Assembly (NCBI GenBank): GCA_013239625.1
Contig: MU056000.1
Location: 10,427,175-10,491,174 of the forward strand
Origin: Lama guanicoe
Lineage: Eukaryota
Reading direction: 5' to 3'
DNA: 64,000 nt
Part shown: positions 25,666 to 39,987 of the stretch, piece by piece
Layout of the letters: every line of letters begins with the position of its first letter
Numbering within the stretch: position 1 is the first letter of the stretch
Translations under genes and position numbers: made by a program
Notes under the pieces: generated by a model
Database searches by the model: none
Seen by the model: the letters and a program-made list of their open reading frames with translations, nothing else
Told to the model about the DNA's origin: nothing

Positions 25666-28600
25666 AAGAGGTATGTTCAATGCTGTGGTGTATGAAAATC
25701 AGACTCGGGTTCTCTTGTAAGGGGGATAATCACCTGCGTGTGTTACATAGGCAGGTTTTGCCTGCGGTCATTTTGTTTTCTGGGTGAAGCGCTGGAGAGG
25801 AAGGAGCCCCACCACGGGCCTTTGCGTTCCTTTCACAGCCACCCAGAAGAGGCGAGCCTAGCTGATCTCTACAGCCCCTTCCTGCTTGGAGGTGTCATTT
25901 CACTGACACTGTTGCAGGTTACCCCCTTGATGTACTACTGTGACCAAGAAAAAATGAACTCTCCCCTTTGTGTTCACTGCGACTGAGACTCACAGAATTG
26001 CTGCTCCAGACTCCTGGCTCACCTGAGCCTGTCTGGGTACCTGCCTGGCATTTGTATATTCTCACTCGCCTTGCGTCTCTTTACCCAGTGCAGTGATCTC
26101 CACATCAATCCAGGACTGGAAGGAAAAACTTTTCACAAGGATCAGCAGCCTATAACTCTGTGACATATCAACCCGTGATGTTTATCCTTAACTGTGGTGG
26201 CAGATGGGGCAGAGTGGGGCAAGAACGCTTCACATAAAGGGGCAAGACCAAATTGTGAATAAAGGACATTTAAAGTCAATGAAAGTAAAGAAGACTTTTA
26301 AATAGTTGCTATGTTTTGAGAAAGCTTCAAAACAGAAGATTTTCAGGGAAGAGATATTGGATATTTTTGTTTTGTTTTTAATTCAGTTGTATAATTTCAT
26401 GAATGTAACAAACTAATTAGGAGGAATTGCATATAAATTAGTAACACTTTTACATGCCACCAATAAATTGGAAGTGAATTTCCTGTGTGATGCCAACATT
26501 TAATGGCTTTCTAACCTTGTAGGTTTCAAATGATGCGAGAAATTATAGCTAAAATGAAAACACATGCCCTTGTTCTTTTCTGATTCTTAGAACAAGTTCC
26601 TCTCTTAAATTTTGGTCACATGTGTCCACACTGAGTTGTATGAATATTGTTAGTATAAGACTGACTTTTTATTGTGTCAAAATATACATACAATTTACCA
26701 TTTTAACTGTTTTTAAGCGTTTAGTTCAGCGGCATTATGTACTATCATCACCATCCAGCCTCAGAACTTTTTTCTTTTTTTTGGTAAGTTTAATTCCCCC
26801 ACCTCGTGCCAGGATTTCTTACACTTCTCACATGAGCTTTATATCATGCCCTTCTAATCTCAGTATTTCCTCCAGGCTTAAACGGTCCTCAGTGTAGGAG
26901 TCCAGTGTCAGGGAGGGTTAGGTGACCAAACTGATCAGGCACATTGTGTTCTGCTGCATCTCAAAAGTAAAGAACTGTGTATGGCTTCTGGTTTCATGCT
27001 AGGAACAAAAAATCTTTTTTCTAACTTCTAAAACCTCAGACAGAACCAAGAAGAGGTTGGCTGTTAAAAAAAAATTGAGTATCAGCATAGCATTTTAAAA
27101 TTCCGTTTTGCTCACCCTTCAGTTTGAAAAGATGGGGTGGAGGTCAAATGAGTAACGCTAGACATTTTCCTGGACAGCGTGTAACTTAGGCCATTGCTCC
27201 TAACCATAGACCAGCACATTCATAAGGACAAACACAAGAGCCTGAGACTTCCCTGGCCCCATTCCTCGTTATCCCTGTCATCCCCAAAGACAAAATCTGG
27301 GAGATGCCGTGGGAATGCCTTCACGTACCTCAAGTGTCGGCCTCTGTCCGCTGCTCAGCATGCGCCAGGACTTCCTGTGGGTGGTGGCTTCTCTGTTGGA
27401 CTAACCTCCCAGGAAGGACCCCAGGATTAGGTGGAGAGAAGCAGCTGGTGCAAACTGACAACAGGTGAAGACCTAGAAAACTGCATGAATGTTCTGGAAC
27501 TTTCAGTGTGCGATTCCAAGGAAACACATTTATGACTCTCTTAAATAAAAAACAGAGCAGAGATAAGGTGATGCTTAGTGAGAATGATGTTTGTTATAAA
27601 ATATTCGTATCCCTGGAGGTAAATAGGAAAGATAAGTACGTATTTATATCTCTTACCAGAAGCTGCCCTTGGCTATAAATCAAGCATGCTGGGTAGATTA
27701 AAAGAAAAACTCAGCACTGGTATATATATTCCATCTATGTATAATTCATTTATCAGAAAATGGTAAATGGATGTTAATTCTTCCACTAGGTCTATATTTC
27801 ACAAGGTAATAATGGAGCACTTCAATCGGCTTGTGAGAGCAGTCGGTCACCAGCTGCATTTTTGGCTGTGCCTCCTGTGTGTCTTTTTATGTGCAAGCAC
27901 ACCGAGAGAGAAGCCACGCACTGTGCAGGAAAGGGAGACACCACGAGTCTCTTTTTGGAGCAGGAAGTAAAGTGGCTTTTTCCCTTCGAAAACTGTGGCA
28001 GAGCAATGCTTTTAAAACTGTCCGTGGTGAATCTGTGGTGTAATCCATTTAAAAAACTGCCAATCCTTTACAGACTGGCACTTTTGTAAAATTAAATTAA
28101 AATGTTGCACCAAGATCAAGTTGCCATAAAAGTTTCTAAACACTCGCTCTCCATTTCTGTACGTATTCTTGCAGATTGGCAAGAGTTGGTTGGCACTGGT
28201 CTGGAGAGCACACTTTTGTAGCACTGAAGTAGGAGTTTCAGGGGCAAATCAATAGGTTCTGATGTTATTTACCTGTGGGTTTGGGATTTTGCCCAGAGTG
28301 GGAGGGCAGTGCTAGGATTTTTTCATTTTTGTTTTTGTTTTGCTATTATTGGCCCAGCCAAGGCCACTGTGTGTGTGCGGTACGCGCCTTGGGGAGGTGA
28401 GTAAGGGCTGGACTCTCTCCTCCGAGTGGTGACCTCTGTTTGGCAGGGGCCCTTGGATCAGCCTTCGGGCAGCCCCACTTACATCAGCAGTAGGATGCTA
28501 CTTTTTTGAGGTTTCCACAGGTTCCTACATACTCTTAGCAGAAATCAGCAAGAACCTTATTTTGATTTCAGTTCTTTATGCTTGAAATCATCGTCACGTT

Positions 28601-31046
28601 TATTTCTTTACTGGATTTCAAGCTCCTGTGGGAAGGAGTGTGGGTCTCATACCACTGTGACTAGAACAGTGCCCGTACAAACACCAAGCAAGTTCTGAAT
28701 CACAAGCTAAGAAGGAAAGCCCAGCCCCTCTGTTAACCTTCTTAAAGAAGAAACGGATCTAATAGTGTGACGATTTCCCCCTCAAGTTTCTTTTTATTGA
28801 TCCAGGACTTAAAGAGACCCAGGTTTTTAGATGTAGTTCTGGGGAAGAGACGTTAATGACAATAATGATACCCTGACTATGACCCAAGTCACAGTGACCA
28901 CAATAGACAGAATGGCCACAATAGACATGAGAGGTCAAGCCAAGTATTGCTAACATTTTATCTCTCCTGAGGTTAACATTAACCAAGGACATTGAGTTCA
29001 CTGAGAAACAGGTTCTTAAACAAATATGACTCATAAAAGAATGTTATTTACTGGGGTACAAACTCCTAAGAAAGAACAGAATGTTAAGGTGCCCAGGGAA
29101 TACACGCCATATTCCACTGCTTGTGGAAGAGGCTGACCCCAGCCCGGACTCTGCAGAGCCTCCTGGCAGGTCCCTGGTAGGAGGCATGAAGTCGGGTCGG
29201 GCTACAAGGGCATATCCGCAGAGCCGTGGCAGGTACACTTGAATGCATCTCAGATATTCATCAAAAGTCAGAAGCAGAAGGACACACAAGGTGCACAGCT
29301 GCGATCAGGAAAAATGAAGGCCTGGACGCTTATCACCAACACAGAGGAAACACCTTCTGGTGGCAAATGTGGCAAGAGGGAGTTCTTAAACAACAGGGGG
29401 CATGGAATGGTCTCTTCCCCACCAGACACATCCATCTCACCTTGGCTCCTGAGGTCTTCATGCACCTGAAAGACACACACAGGCCTCGTCCGTGGTGGGC
29501 TGAAGAGGTGGTACAGGCTCAGTGTCTGCAGCAAGGAAGAGGTTTGAGCAAATCCATGAATTCCAGTCCTGTGTGGGTTTCAGTGAGAATGACAAGTGCC
29601 TATGAGCTGAAGTTGCTGTTTTATGATTAATATGAAATATTGCCTAAGCCTAAGTCAGCCTTGCCAGAAATATGCAAGAAATATGAGTTTCTAACATACT
29701 TTGGGTTCTGTTCAAGCAGTTTAGGTTGTGAGGACAGATAACTACTTAAGTCAGTTTGACAAGGAGACTCCCACAGAACAGGAAGGAAGTACAGCCAGTC
29801 CTCCTGGAAGGGGCCTGGGACCCAGAGACACATGAGTGAAGGCTTCCAGCTGTGTTTCTCACGATCCACAGAGAGGTGGTCTCACTGTTCAAGATCCCTC
29901 TGCCTCTCTCTATACAAGTTCTCTCCCTGTCTCTCTCTCCCTCCCCCTTCCTCTCTTTGTCTCCCGCCACCTCTCTCTCCCACTCTCCATCCTCTGGGCA
30001 CAAAAGGCTGCTCCCACCATTGAAGGAAACTGCATCTTCAAATTTCTGAGAAGCAAAATCTGACTGGTTCAGCCAGCCTATGGAACCTTGAGCCATGCAC
30101 ACAACTCTATCCAGTCATCTGTGGCCAGGGCTTGGGGCCCGAGTGCCTGCAGCACAGCTTCAAAGTTTCTAGGAAGCAGCTGCAATCAGGGCACGCTTCA
30201 AACCATATCTAATGCACGTGGAGATTTCACAGCTCAGGTGTACCCAGGCGCGACCTTCAGCGATGGAATAAGGGTCTTCATGGTTCAGGGCACCTCATCA
30301 TTAAGGTTGGTAATAATCCAGTTAGCATCCTCATAGACAGAAACATTAACAATGGAGAGCAGCAAAGACAACGCAGGTGGCACCAAAGTGTTCAGGTACC
30401 AGTCACACAAGGTTTCCCCCAGGAAGCAGTTTTCTCAGTGGCCCGAGGGGAAGATAGAAAAAAAAAAAGCTACGGGTTCAGAGTAATTCCCTTCGTGTGC
30501 AGGTTTGTTGCTGTTGATCTGTTTAAATAGCTGAAAAGACACACATGCTGTTTTTAACATGCAGACCCAAGTCCTGTGAGCTTTCCTGCAGCGTTTTGAT
30601 GGAACATGGATTACAGTTCTTTGCCCCCTAAACCTCACCTCCGTGTGTTCCAGCCCCTCTTTTAGCCTGGAGGTGGCTAGCTCTGTGAAGTGTTCTGGCT
30701 CCGGGACTTGAACTTCATGTTGCAAAGGGTGTATTTGGCATTGTCTGCTTCTTCCAGGTTTTATGACGACTTCCTTCATTTGTTAGTCTCTTTGTGCCAT
30801 GGGTAGTAAATTTTTACTGGCAGTGGAAATTGGCTCCTATACTCTTAAGCGTAAGCATGAAGGTCAAATCTGATTGTCTGGAACTTCGTGCACAGAATTC
30901 CCAACAGCTGTATCACAGGGCACTTTTATGTTTACCTTAAGGAGACCTTGTTGTCCCTATGTCTATTATGACCTCTGCAGGATATCATGTTTGTTAAGAA
31001 ACAACCTGGGGCTGGAGAATGGAGCGAAAAACACAGACCTTTAAAA

Positions 31047-32198
<1,152 letters not shown>

Positions 32199-32208
32199 CT
32201 ATTCAAGA

Positions 32209-33790
32209 GACCCAGAAGGTGTTACCTTAGTAGTAGGGCTAAGGTAGCCCAGAACAGAGGCTACTCCAGACCTGTCCTTAAAGCTAAAAGCAGCCATGAA
32301 AGGATCAAACCAATCTGATCTTCCAGGAATTTAACTGCCTTCCAACACTAACAATTTTTTAAAGGAGGGTAGCAAAGTTTAGACACTTAGTGACCTAGCA
32401 ACTCAGTGTTCAGCATCCAATAAAAAATTACCAGACATACCAAGAATCAGGACAATATGACCCAAAACCAGAAGGAAAAGATCAATAGAAAAAGACCCAC
32501 CAAGGGCAGAGATGATAGAACAAGTATATGAAGACTTTGAAATAGCTCTTACAAACATGCTCAATATGTTTAAGGATCTTTAAATGATGTGAATATAATC
32601 AGGGAAGATAGTGAAGACATAAAAAGGAACCAAATGGGAAGTCTAGAGATGAAAATTAAGATATCTGAAGTGAAAAAATATACTGGATGGGACTAAGCTG
32701 TAGCTTAGACATGGAAAAAGAAAAGTGAACTTGAAGATGTAATAATACAAACTATTCAATCTGAAACATAGAAAAGATAAATTAGGCCTCAATGACCTTG
32801 GGATGATATCAAGGTATTCATTACAGGATTAACTGGAGTCCCAGGAAAGTGTGTGTTGCAGGAGGGGAGGAGACAGAGGCAGAATAATAGTTGAAGAAAC
32901 AATGGCTGAAAAAATCCAAATTTAATAAAAACTATGAAACCACAGATCTAAGAATCTTAAAAGGAAGTCCAAGCAGGATAATCACACAGAATCACAACAA
33001 AGCACATCACAATGAAATTGCTGAAAAACAATGATAAAGAGAAAAATCTTAGGACCAGCCAGAGAAAAAAGGCACATGGTGTACAGAGGAACAAATAAAA
33101 GAATAAGTGATTTCTTTTCAGAAATAACACAAGTCAGGAGACATCTTTAAATTGCAGAATGAAAAAAATATTGTCAACATAAAATTCTATATCCAGCAAA
33201 AATCTCCTTTAAAAATTTCACCTGAAGGTAAAATAGATTTATTAAGACAAAAGCTGAGCGACTTTGCCATTTAACATCACCATAAGTAATGTTCAAGGAA
33301 AATTTTTAGAGAGAGGAAAAATAAAACCAGAGGGAAACTTGGATCTACACAAAGGAATGAAGAGTACGTATGTGGGTAAACATGAAAGTATTTTTTCATT
33401 TTAAAATTTCTTCTAAGAGTAATTAACTACATAAAGCAAAAATAATGAACATGTTGAGTTCCTAATTTATGCAGAAATAAAATGACAACAATAGAACAAA
33501 GGATGGAAGGGGAAAATGGAAGTTTACTTTTGTAAAGTTATACATAACTTTCAAATGTTATTCTTTAAAGTAGATGTGGAAGTTGAGGATATATTATAAA
33601 CATTAGCACAACCACTAAAAATGAAGATGAGGAGGTATAGCTAAGAAACCAATAGCAGGGAGTAAGGGGGAGAGTGAACAGAAAACAGATGGGATAAACA
33701 GAGAACAAACATCAAGATGGCAGATTTAATCCCAACCATTACATGTAAATGGTTATAAACCCTCCAAATAAAAAGAATAAATTAGATCCA
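32209..33790 (+). mobile_element. Old L1 (L1ME/L1MC-type) 5' region plus decayed ORF1 and inter-ORF sequence
   Basis: GTAGGGCTAAGGTAGCCC...CATCCAATAAAAAATTACCAGACATAC...ATATGACCC...CAATAGAAA; ORF1 motifs TGGAGTCCCAG, GAAACAATGGCTGAAAA, CCACAGATCTAAGAA, AATTCTATATCCAGCAAAAAT. Confidence 0.8.
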
Positions 33791-34374
33791 GCTGACTGGA
33801 GGGAATTCATGATGTATTGTGAAGTGAAAACAGCAACACGCAGAGTTTGTTGCTCTTAGCATTTGTTTATCTATGGGTAGTAGGAGGGAGAGGTGAGGGA
33901 AAAATGAAAGGAGACTGGCAAAATGGAAACATATGCATGATAAAATAACAAAAGGTGTTAAATATAATCCTTGACAACACTGATAATAAAATTGAGTTCT
34001 GAACATAGACTAGGACTAGCAGATGACATGAACACGTGAAAACACTGAATTAAGATGGGATTGTGGTTAATTTTATTCTTAGAGTCTGAAACTTCAGTGC
34101 AGCTTTTACTAAAAAAATTAAAGTTAAAAAATTAACATCTGAGGTTTGAAGATACAAAAACTCACGACCCAACTTCCTTTTAATAGTGTTTTATAGTGGT
34201 TCTTCGACGCTCTAGTTTTCTGGACAGAAAGCAAAGACCTTCTGTGCAATAATTCCCCCAAGATAGTTCTGGCCCTGTAAGTGCTTCAGCATTTTATCTG
34301 GCATTAGCACACAGCACTGACTGTTGTTAAGTAGTCATTCAACATGGCAAGAGACTCACCTGAAGTTAGAAATG

Positions 34375-34830
34375 AGTTGGTCAGGTTCTTTGGTTGTAAG
34401 TAGCAGGAACTGACTCTGACCAACTTAAAAGAAAGAAAAGTATTAGGAAGACCAGAAAATTCATCTTGGAATTGAGGCAGCCCCAGCAGGGAGAAAGCAG
34501 GAATTCCAGAGATGGTCCATAGTTGCAGCAGTCTGGTTGGGTTGCTTCCACTGAAATGAATGAATTCCGGTCTTACTTCAAACTTCCATCACTGGCTCAA
34601 GTGACAAATTCCCAGGAGAAACCACTGGACTCATCCTGTTCCCAGCCTCTAGATACACTGGGACCTACTAGGAGGAGCTCAGGACTCCGTAGGGTGTCAG
34701 TAGTAGCAGGAGGGCTGCTTCCCTCAGGCACAGTTCCACCAACATCACATGCGCATAGAGAGGAAAGACTACTCCCCCAAAAGAATTCAGGGTGTTCTAA
34801 GGAAGATTCTTGGGACACTGGGTGACAAAA
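34375..34830 (-). mobile_element. Old MaLR LTR (MLT1K/L-like)
   Basis: GTCAGGTTCTTTGGTTGTAAGTAGCAGGAACTGACTCTGACCAACTTAA, typical of a reverse MLT1 end. Confidence 0.45.
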
Positions 34831-37099
34831 ACACCTTTCTTGGCACTGGAGAATGGAACAGAAGTCATGGAGAAATGAGCACAGGGTTGAGCGTCACATC
34901 CAGAATATAGAATCTACCTGCAACACATGATCTGGCTGCATTCCTGAGTCTGCGGTCCAAACTAAGAAGGGCAGGGCTTGTGAATACTTTTGTGCTATAA
35001 ATCTGTGGGAACTGAATTTGCGGTCTTAAACCCAATATAATAGACATGATATGGCTTGCCTTTAGCCTGAAGGAAGTTGATAAAATAGTTTATGTTGGAG
35101 GCTGATTTCTAAGTATTACATGAATTTTGTCAATATGGATTTCAGTTTCAGTCTCTCATCTCAAGTGCTCCTTTAAGTATATATTATTTATTATGGGCTG
35201 GCTATTTTTTTTTCTGATGGAGCTCTAAAACTGACCAGAAACACACTACATTAGCACATTTGAGGACAAGATATTCTAAATGTAATAAATGTTGCTGAGT
35301 GATATGAAATGATATGGCCCATTTAAACCTTGAAGAAGAATATAGGCAGTTGAGTAAGTTGGGGAAATTATTAAGGAAAGGAAGCAGACTGTTGAAATTC
35401 TACGCACCACAAAAGAACAGCTGTATTGCAGAATGGGCTTATAGTTGAAGAAAGCAATAAATAATCACTGAAGGAAAACGTAAGGATTAAATGAAAGAGT
35501 GATCATAGAATGCAAATGGGAAGTATTTGCTTTTTAAGATATTTGGACTCAAGACCCATCTCCCAACTTCTCAGAACACTAGAGTCCCCAGTGTGTGCCT
35601 GCTCAAAGTGATGCTCTTTCTTTCCTCAGGAAGAGAAGTACTATTTACAACTTTTGTGTTAATGAACCTCAGGGTACATACAGAAATATACTATGATCTC
35701 TTAAATAAAGTTTTTACTTAAGCCAGAGAAAGGAAATAATGGACACTGAGAGATCAAGTGAATGCCTTCCACTCTGTTCCCTTTTAAAAATCAATATTTT
35801 TAATGTTTTTTTCTTCTTAAGGAAGTAGCATCTGGCTTTATGGAATCTGGAGGAGTTAAGCATCCTGTGTGAATTATGCTGATTTTTAAATATGAGTAAG
35901 ATTGGAAAATGGCAACTAAAGTGGAACCATCTGAATAAGACTGAGAGTAATGAAACTCAGTGAAACTGAACCATATACTCTTAGTTAGATCTTAGTAGAT
36001 CATCTCGTCCCCCTTCCCCACCACAGTCATACAGATGAAAACATGAGGTCACATGATTTGACAGTTTTTCTGTTCAAACATTTGTGGGAAATTTCTACAT
36101 AACTTCTTATTTTGAAGTGCTATTTCTTCCACAATTCTTTTATAACAGTGCTACATGAAGTTAGAATTAACATCCACCTTATAGGTAAATTCTGTTACAA
36201 CAGGATTGATCAAAGGAAATATGTGTAGGGGACAGGTATCTGTAGTTATGTGCAGTTCATCTTTGGACTAAATTTAGAAATGTGAAGGATCAGGTACATA
36301 GCTTTTAATCCTTTCCTGATATTTAGAAATGGGTCCATTTCCAGGCCACATCCAGGGTTATGTCTTAGAAATTTGTGCCCATCTGAAGCATGCTTAAGAA
36401 GACGATTATTACCATGAAGTCTCTTAACAGAATTAACTTTAAGCCAGAGTATGACCTGGATATTAGTCTGGGCTTCTAGTGTCATGAATGTTACATACTC
36501 CCAGAATAAAATAAATTGCTTAATAATGCAATGAGATGACTTGTTCAAGAATTCAGCAATAAAAATACCTTTCATGAATATGTCATATAACTTATTACAC
36601 AAATACTGTCTTAGTTTATCATGCAATGTGTAATTATTCAAAAGTTTTGAATAAGAAAATGAAGCTAATAGAGGCAAGTTACTTGTCTCAGATCTCATGC
36701 CAAGTGAGTGCCTGGCACATAACAATCAATCAGTATATTTTGCTAAGTGGACTAATGAGATATTATAGTAGATCCTTTGTCTCCTAGTCAACTGCTCACA
36801 AAATGTACAAATAAAGGCAAGCATTGCTGCCATAACATGTGGCATTGTTGAAAAGAACAAAAGCGTAATAGAGATGTCACTTTTAGAAAACTTTTGCAGG
36901 ATCTCAACAGCCTTTTGTAAGTTACTTTGAAAAGATGGCATTCGGGGAGAGCTGTCCCTGGTGCTGAACCTGCCATGAGGCAAATCGGTCAGAGGATGGC
37001 TTTCACCAATTTTTGTACATATTTTCTTCTGTGCTTCGATTACTAATGACAATACTATTGACAAAAGTTATATTTATAAATATTTTTCTTTTTAAACAT

Positions 37100-37915
37100 T
37101 TTAAATACTATTTTTTTAAATTATAGCTTTGCTGAGTTGTTACATACCATGAAATTTACCTTTTTAAAGTGTAAAATTCAGTACATTTTAGTACCAGTCA
37201 CAAAAGTCACAAGTTGTGGAATTAGCACCGTCTAATTTTAGAATATTTTTATTACTGAATAAAACCCCATCTCCTCAGCCTCTGGAAACCTGTGTCTATA
37301 GACTTGCATATTCTGGACTTTCATACACATGGAATCATGCAATATGTGGCCTTTTGTGACTGACTTCTTTCACACAGCATGTTTCTGAGGACTATCCACA
37401 TAATATGTATTGATACTTCATTACTTTTTAATGAAAAACAATAATCTATTGTCTGAATATAAATTTTATTCATCTAGAATAAATCCATTTTATTCATCTA
37501 TTCATCAGTTGATGAACATTTAAATTGCTTCTCCTTTTTGGCTATGCTACTTTGAACATCTATATACAAGGTTTTTTTTTTTAAGATTCTTCCGCATCCA
37601 TGTCAACATTTGTTATTGTCTGTATTTTAATTTTAGTCATCCTAGTGGGTGTGAAATTCTATCTCACTGTGGTTGACTTGCACTTGCATTTCCATAATGA
37701 CTAATGGCACTGAACATCTTTTCATGTACTTGTTGGCCATTTTTATCTTCTTTGGAGAAATGTCTACATTTTTAAAAAATGGGTTTTTTTTTTAGTGTCG
37801 AGGTAAAATAGTTTTTTTTTTTAAAATATATATTCTGGATATAGATCCTTTATCAAACATATCATTTACAAATATTTTCTCTCACACTGTGGGTTGACTT
37901 TTCACTTTCTTGATG
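37100..37915 (-). mobile_element. L1 (L1MB-like) 3' region
   Basis: Reverse L1 3'UTR and ORF2 end (ATGGAATCATGCAATATGTGGCCTTTTGTGACTGACTTCTTTCAC; CATCTTTTCATGTACTTGTTGGCCATT). Confidence 0.8.
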
Positions 37916-38019
37916 GTCTAGATGACTGTTTTCAACACAGTGATCCTTCTCTGATTCTTCCCAATCCTTCCCTCAGCACTCTCCAAGGGTTTGTTAATAA
38001 AACATAATAAGAATTCTAA

Positions 38020-39645
38020 GACTTAAACATAAGACATAACACCATAAAACTCCTAGAAGAGAACTTAGGCAAAACATTCTCTGACATAAATCATAAGCAA
38101 TGTTTTCTTAGGTCAGTCTCCCAAGACAATAGAAATGAAAGCAAAAATAAACAAATGGGACCTATCCAGACTTATAAGCTTTTGCACAGGAAATCATAAA
38201 CTAAATGGAAAAACAACCTATGGACTGGGAGAAAGTATCTGCAAAGGATGTGACTGATAACGGCTTAATTTCAAAAACATACAAACAGCTCATACAACTC
38301 AATAACAAACAAACAAAAGACCAAATCAAAAAATGGACAGAAGACCTAAATAGATATTTCTCCAAAGAATACATCCAGATGGCCAACGGGCACATGAAAA
38401 GGTGCTCAACATTGCTAATTATTAGGGAAATGCAAATAAAAAGTACAATGAGATATCACCTCATACCTGGCAGAATGGCCAACAACAGAAAGTCTACAAA
38501 TAATAAATGCAGAGTGTGTGGGAAAGTAAATTGGTGTAGCCACTATGGAAAATAGTATGGAAATTCCTCAAAAAAATTAAAAATAGAACTACCATATAAT
38601 CCAGCAATTCCACTATTGGGTATTTATCCAAGGAAAGTAAAAACACTAATTAGAAAAGATATATGCAACCCTATGTTCATAGCAGCATAATTTATAATAG
38701 CCAAGATATGGAAGCAACCTAAGTGCCCATCAACAGAAGAATGGATAAAGAAGATGTGAGATACACACACACACACAACGGACTATTACTCAACCATAAA
38801 AGAATGAAATCTTGCCATTTGTGACAACACGGATGGACCTAGAGGGCATTATGCTAAATGAAATAAGTCAGATAAAGGCAAATTATGATACCACTTACAT
38901 GTGGAATCTAAAAAACAAAACAAATGAATAAACAGAACAAAACAGAAGAAAACAAAATGGAAACAGAAAATAAACAAGTGGTTGCCAAAGGGGAGTAATG
39001 TCGGGAGGAGGTATGACATAGGTAAGGGAAATTGAGATACAAACTTCTAGTTGCAAAATAAATGAGTCACAGGTATAAAACGTACAGTGTGGAAAACAGT
39101 AAGTAATTATGTAATCTCTTTGTATGGTGACAGGTGGTAGCTAGACTTACCATCTTGATCATTTTGAAACGTATGGAAATACTGAATCACTATGTTGTAT
39201 ATCAGGAATTAACAGTGTTGTGGGTCAACTGTACTTCAAAAGCAAACAAACTCATGGAAAAAGAGATCAGATTTGTTGACACCAGGGGCAGGGGTGGGAA
39301 TGGGATATTGGATGAAGGCAGTCAAAAGGTACAAACTTCCAGTTATAAGATAAATAAGTACTAGGCCTGTAATGCACAACATGATAAATATAATTAACAC
39401 TGCTTATGTTATACATGAAAGTTAAGAGAGTAAATCCTAAGAGTTCTAATCTGGAGGGAAAAAATGTTTTTTCCCTGTTTCTTTAATTTTGCATCAATAT
39501 GAGATAATGGATGTTTACTAAACTTACTGTGATAATCATTTCATGATGTAAGTCAAATTATTATGCTGTACACTGTGAACTTAGTGCTGTGTGTCAGTTA
39601 TATCACAATAAAACTGGAAGAAAAAATAAAACAAAAATTTTAAAA
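38020..39645 (+). mobile_element. 5'-truncated L1 (ORF2 C-terminus plus 3'UTR, L1MA-like)
   Basis: ORF 38205-38555 matches the L1 ORF2 C-terminus ([12 protein letters not shown]...[24 protein letters not shown]); 3'UTR and A-rich tail at ~39620-39645. Confidence 0.88.
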
Positions 39646-39987
39646 ACTTGTCTGTATTAGTCAAGATTGTCTAGGTTAGCATTCTCAAAGTGTGGTCTTG
39701 GGCTCTTTTCAGTGGGACTATGAAGTTAAAATCAATTTCAAAATCAATTATTAAAAATAATAAAATGCTATTTGCCTTTTTCATTCTCAATCTTTCATGA
39801 ATGTATTGTGTCTTCCAGAATGTGATACCACAGCTCTTTGACTGCAGAATCAGACCCAAAAATCTGGCTTCATTCAATTAAGCCAGACATTAAAGAGATT
39901 TGCAAAAATTGAAATAGTGGTACTCTTCTCACAATTATTTTTGGTTTTTTTGGAAAATATAGTTATTTTTCATTAAGATGTTATTAT

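Noticed and set aside
28885..28930. Repeat CCACAATAGACA x2 (similar short repeats at ~21430 and ~24835)
   Set aside because: Slippage-type duplications with no evidence of function.
37100..39645. Opposed L1 fragments resembling a twin-priming inversion
   Set aside because: Both cover the same ORF2-end/3'UTR region, look like different subfamilies and are separated by ~100 bp; two independent insertions are more likely.
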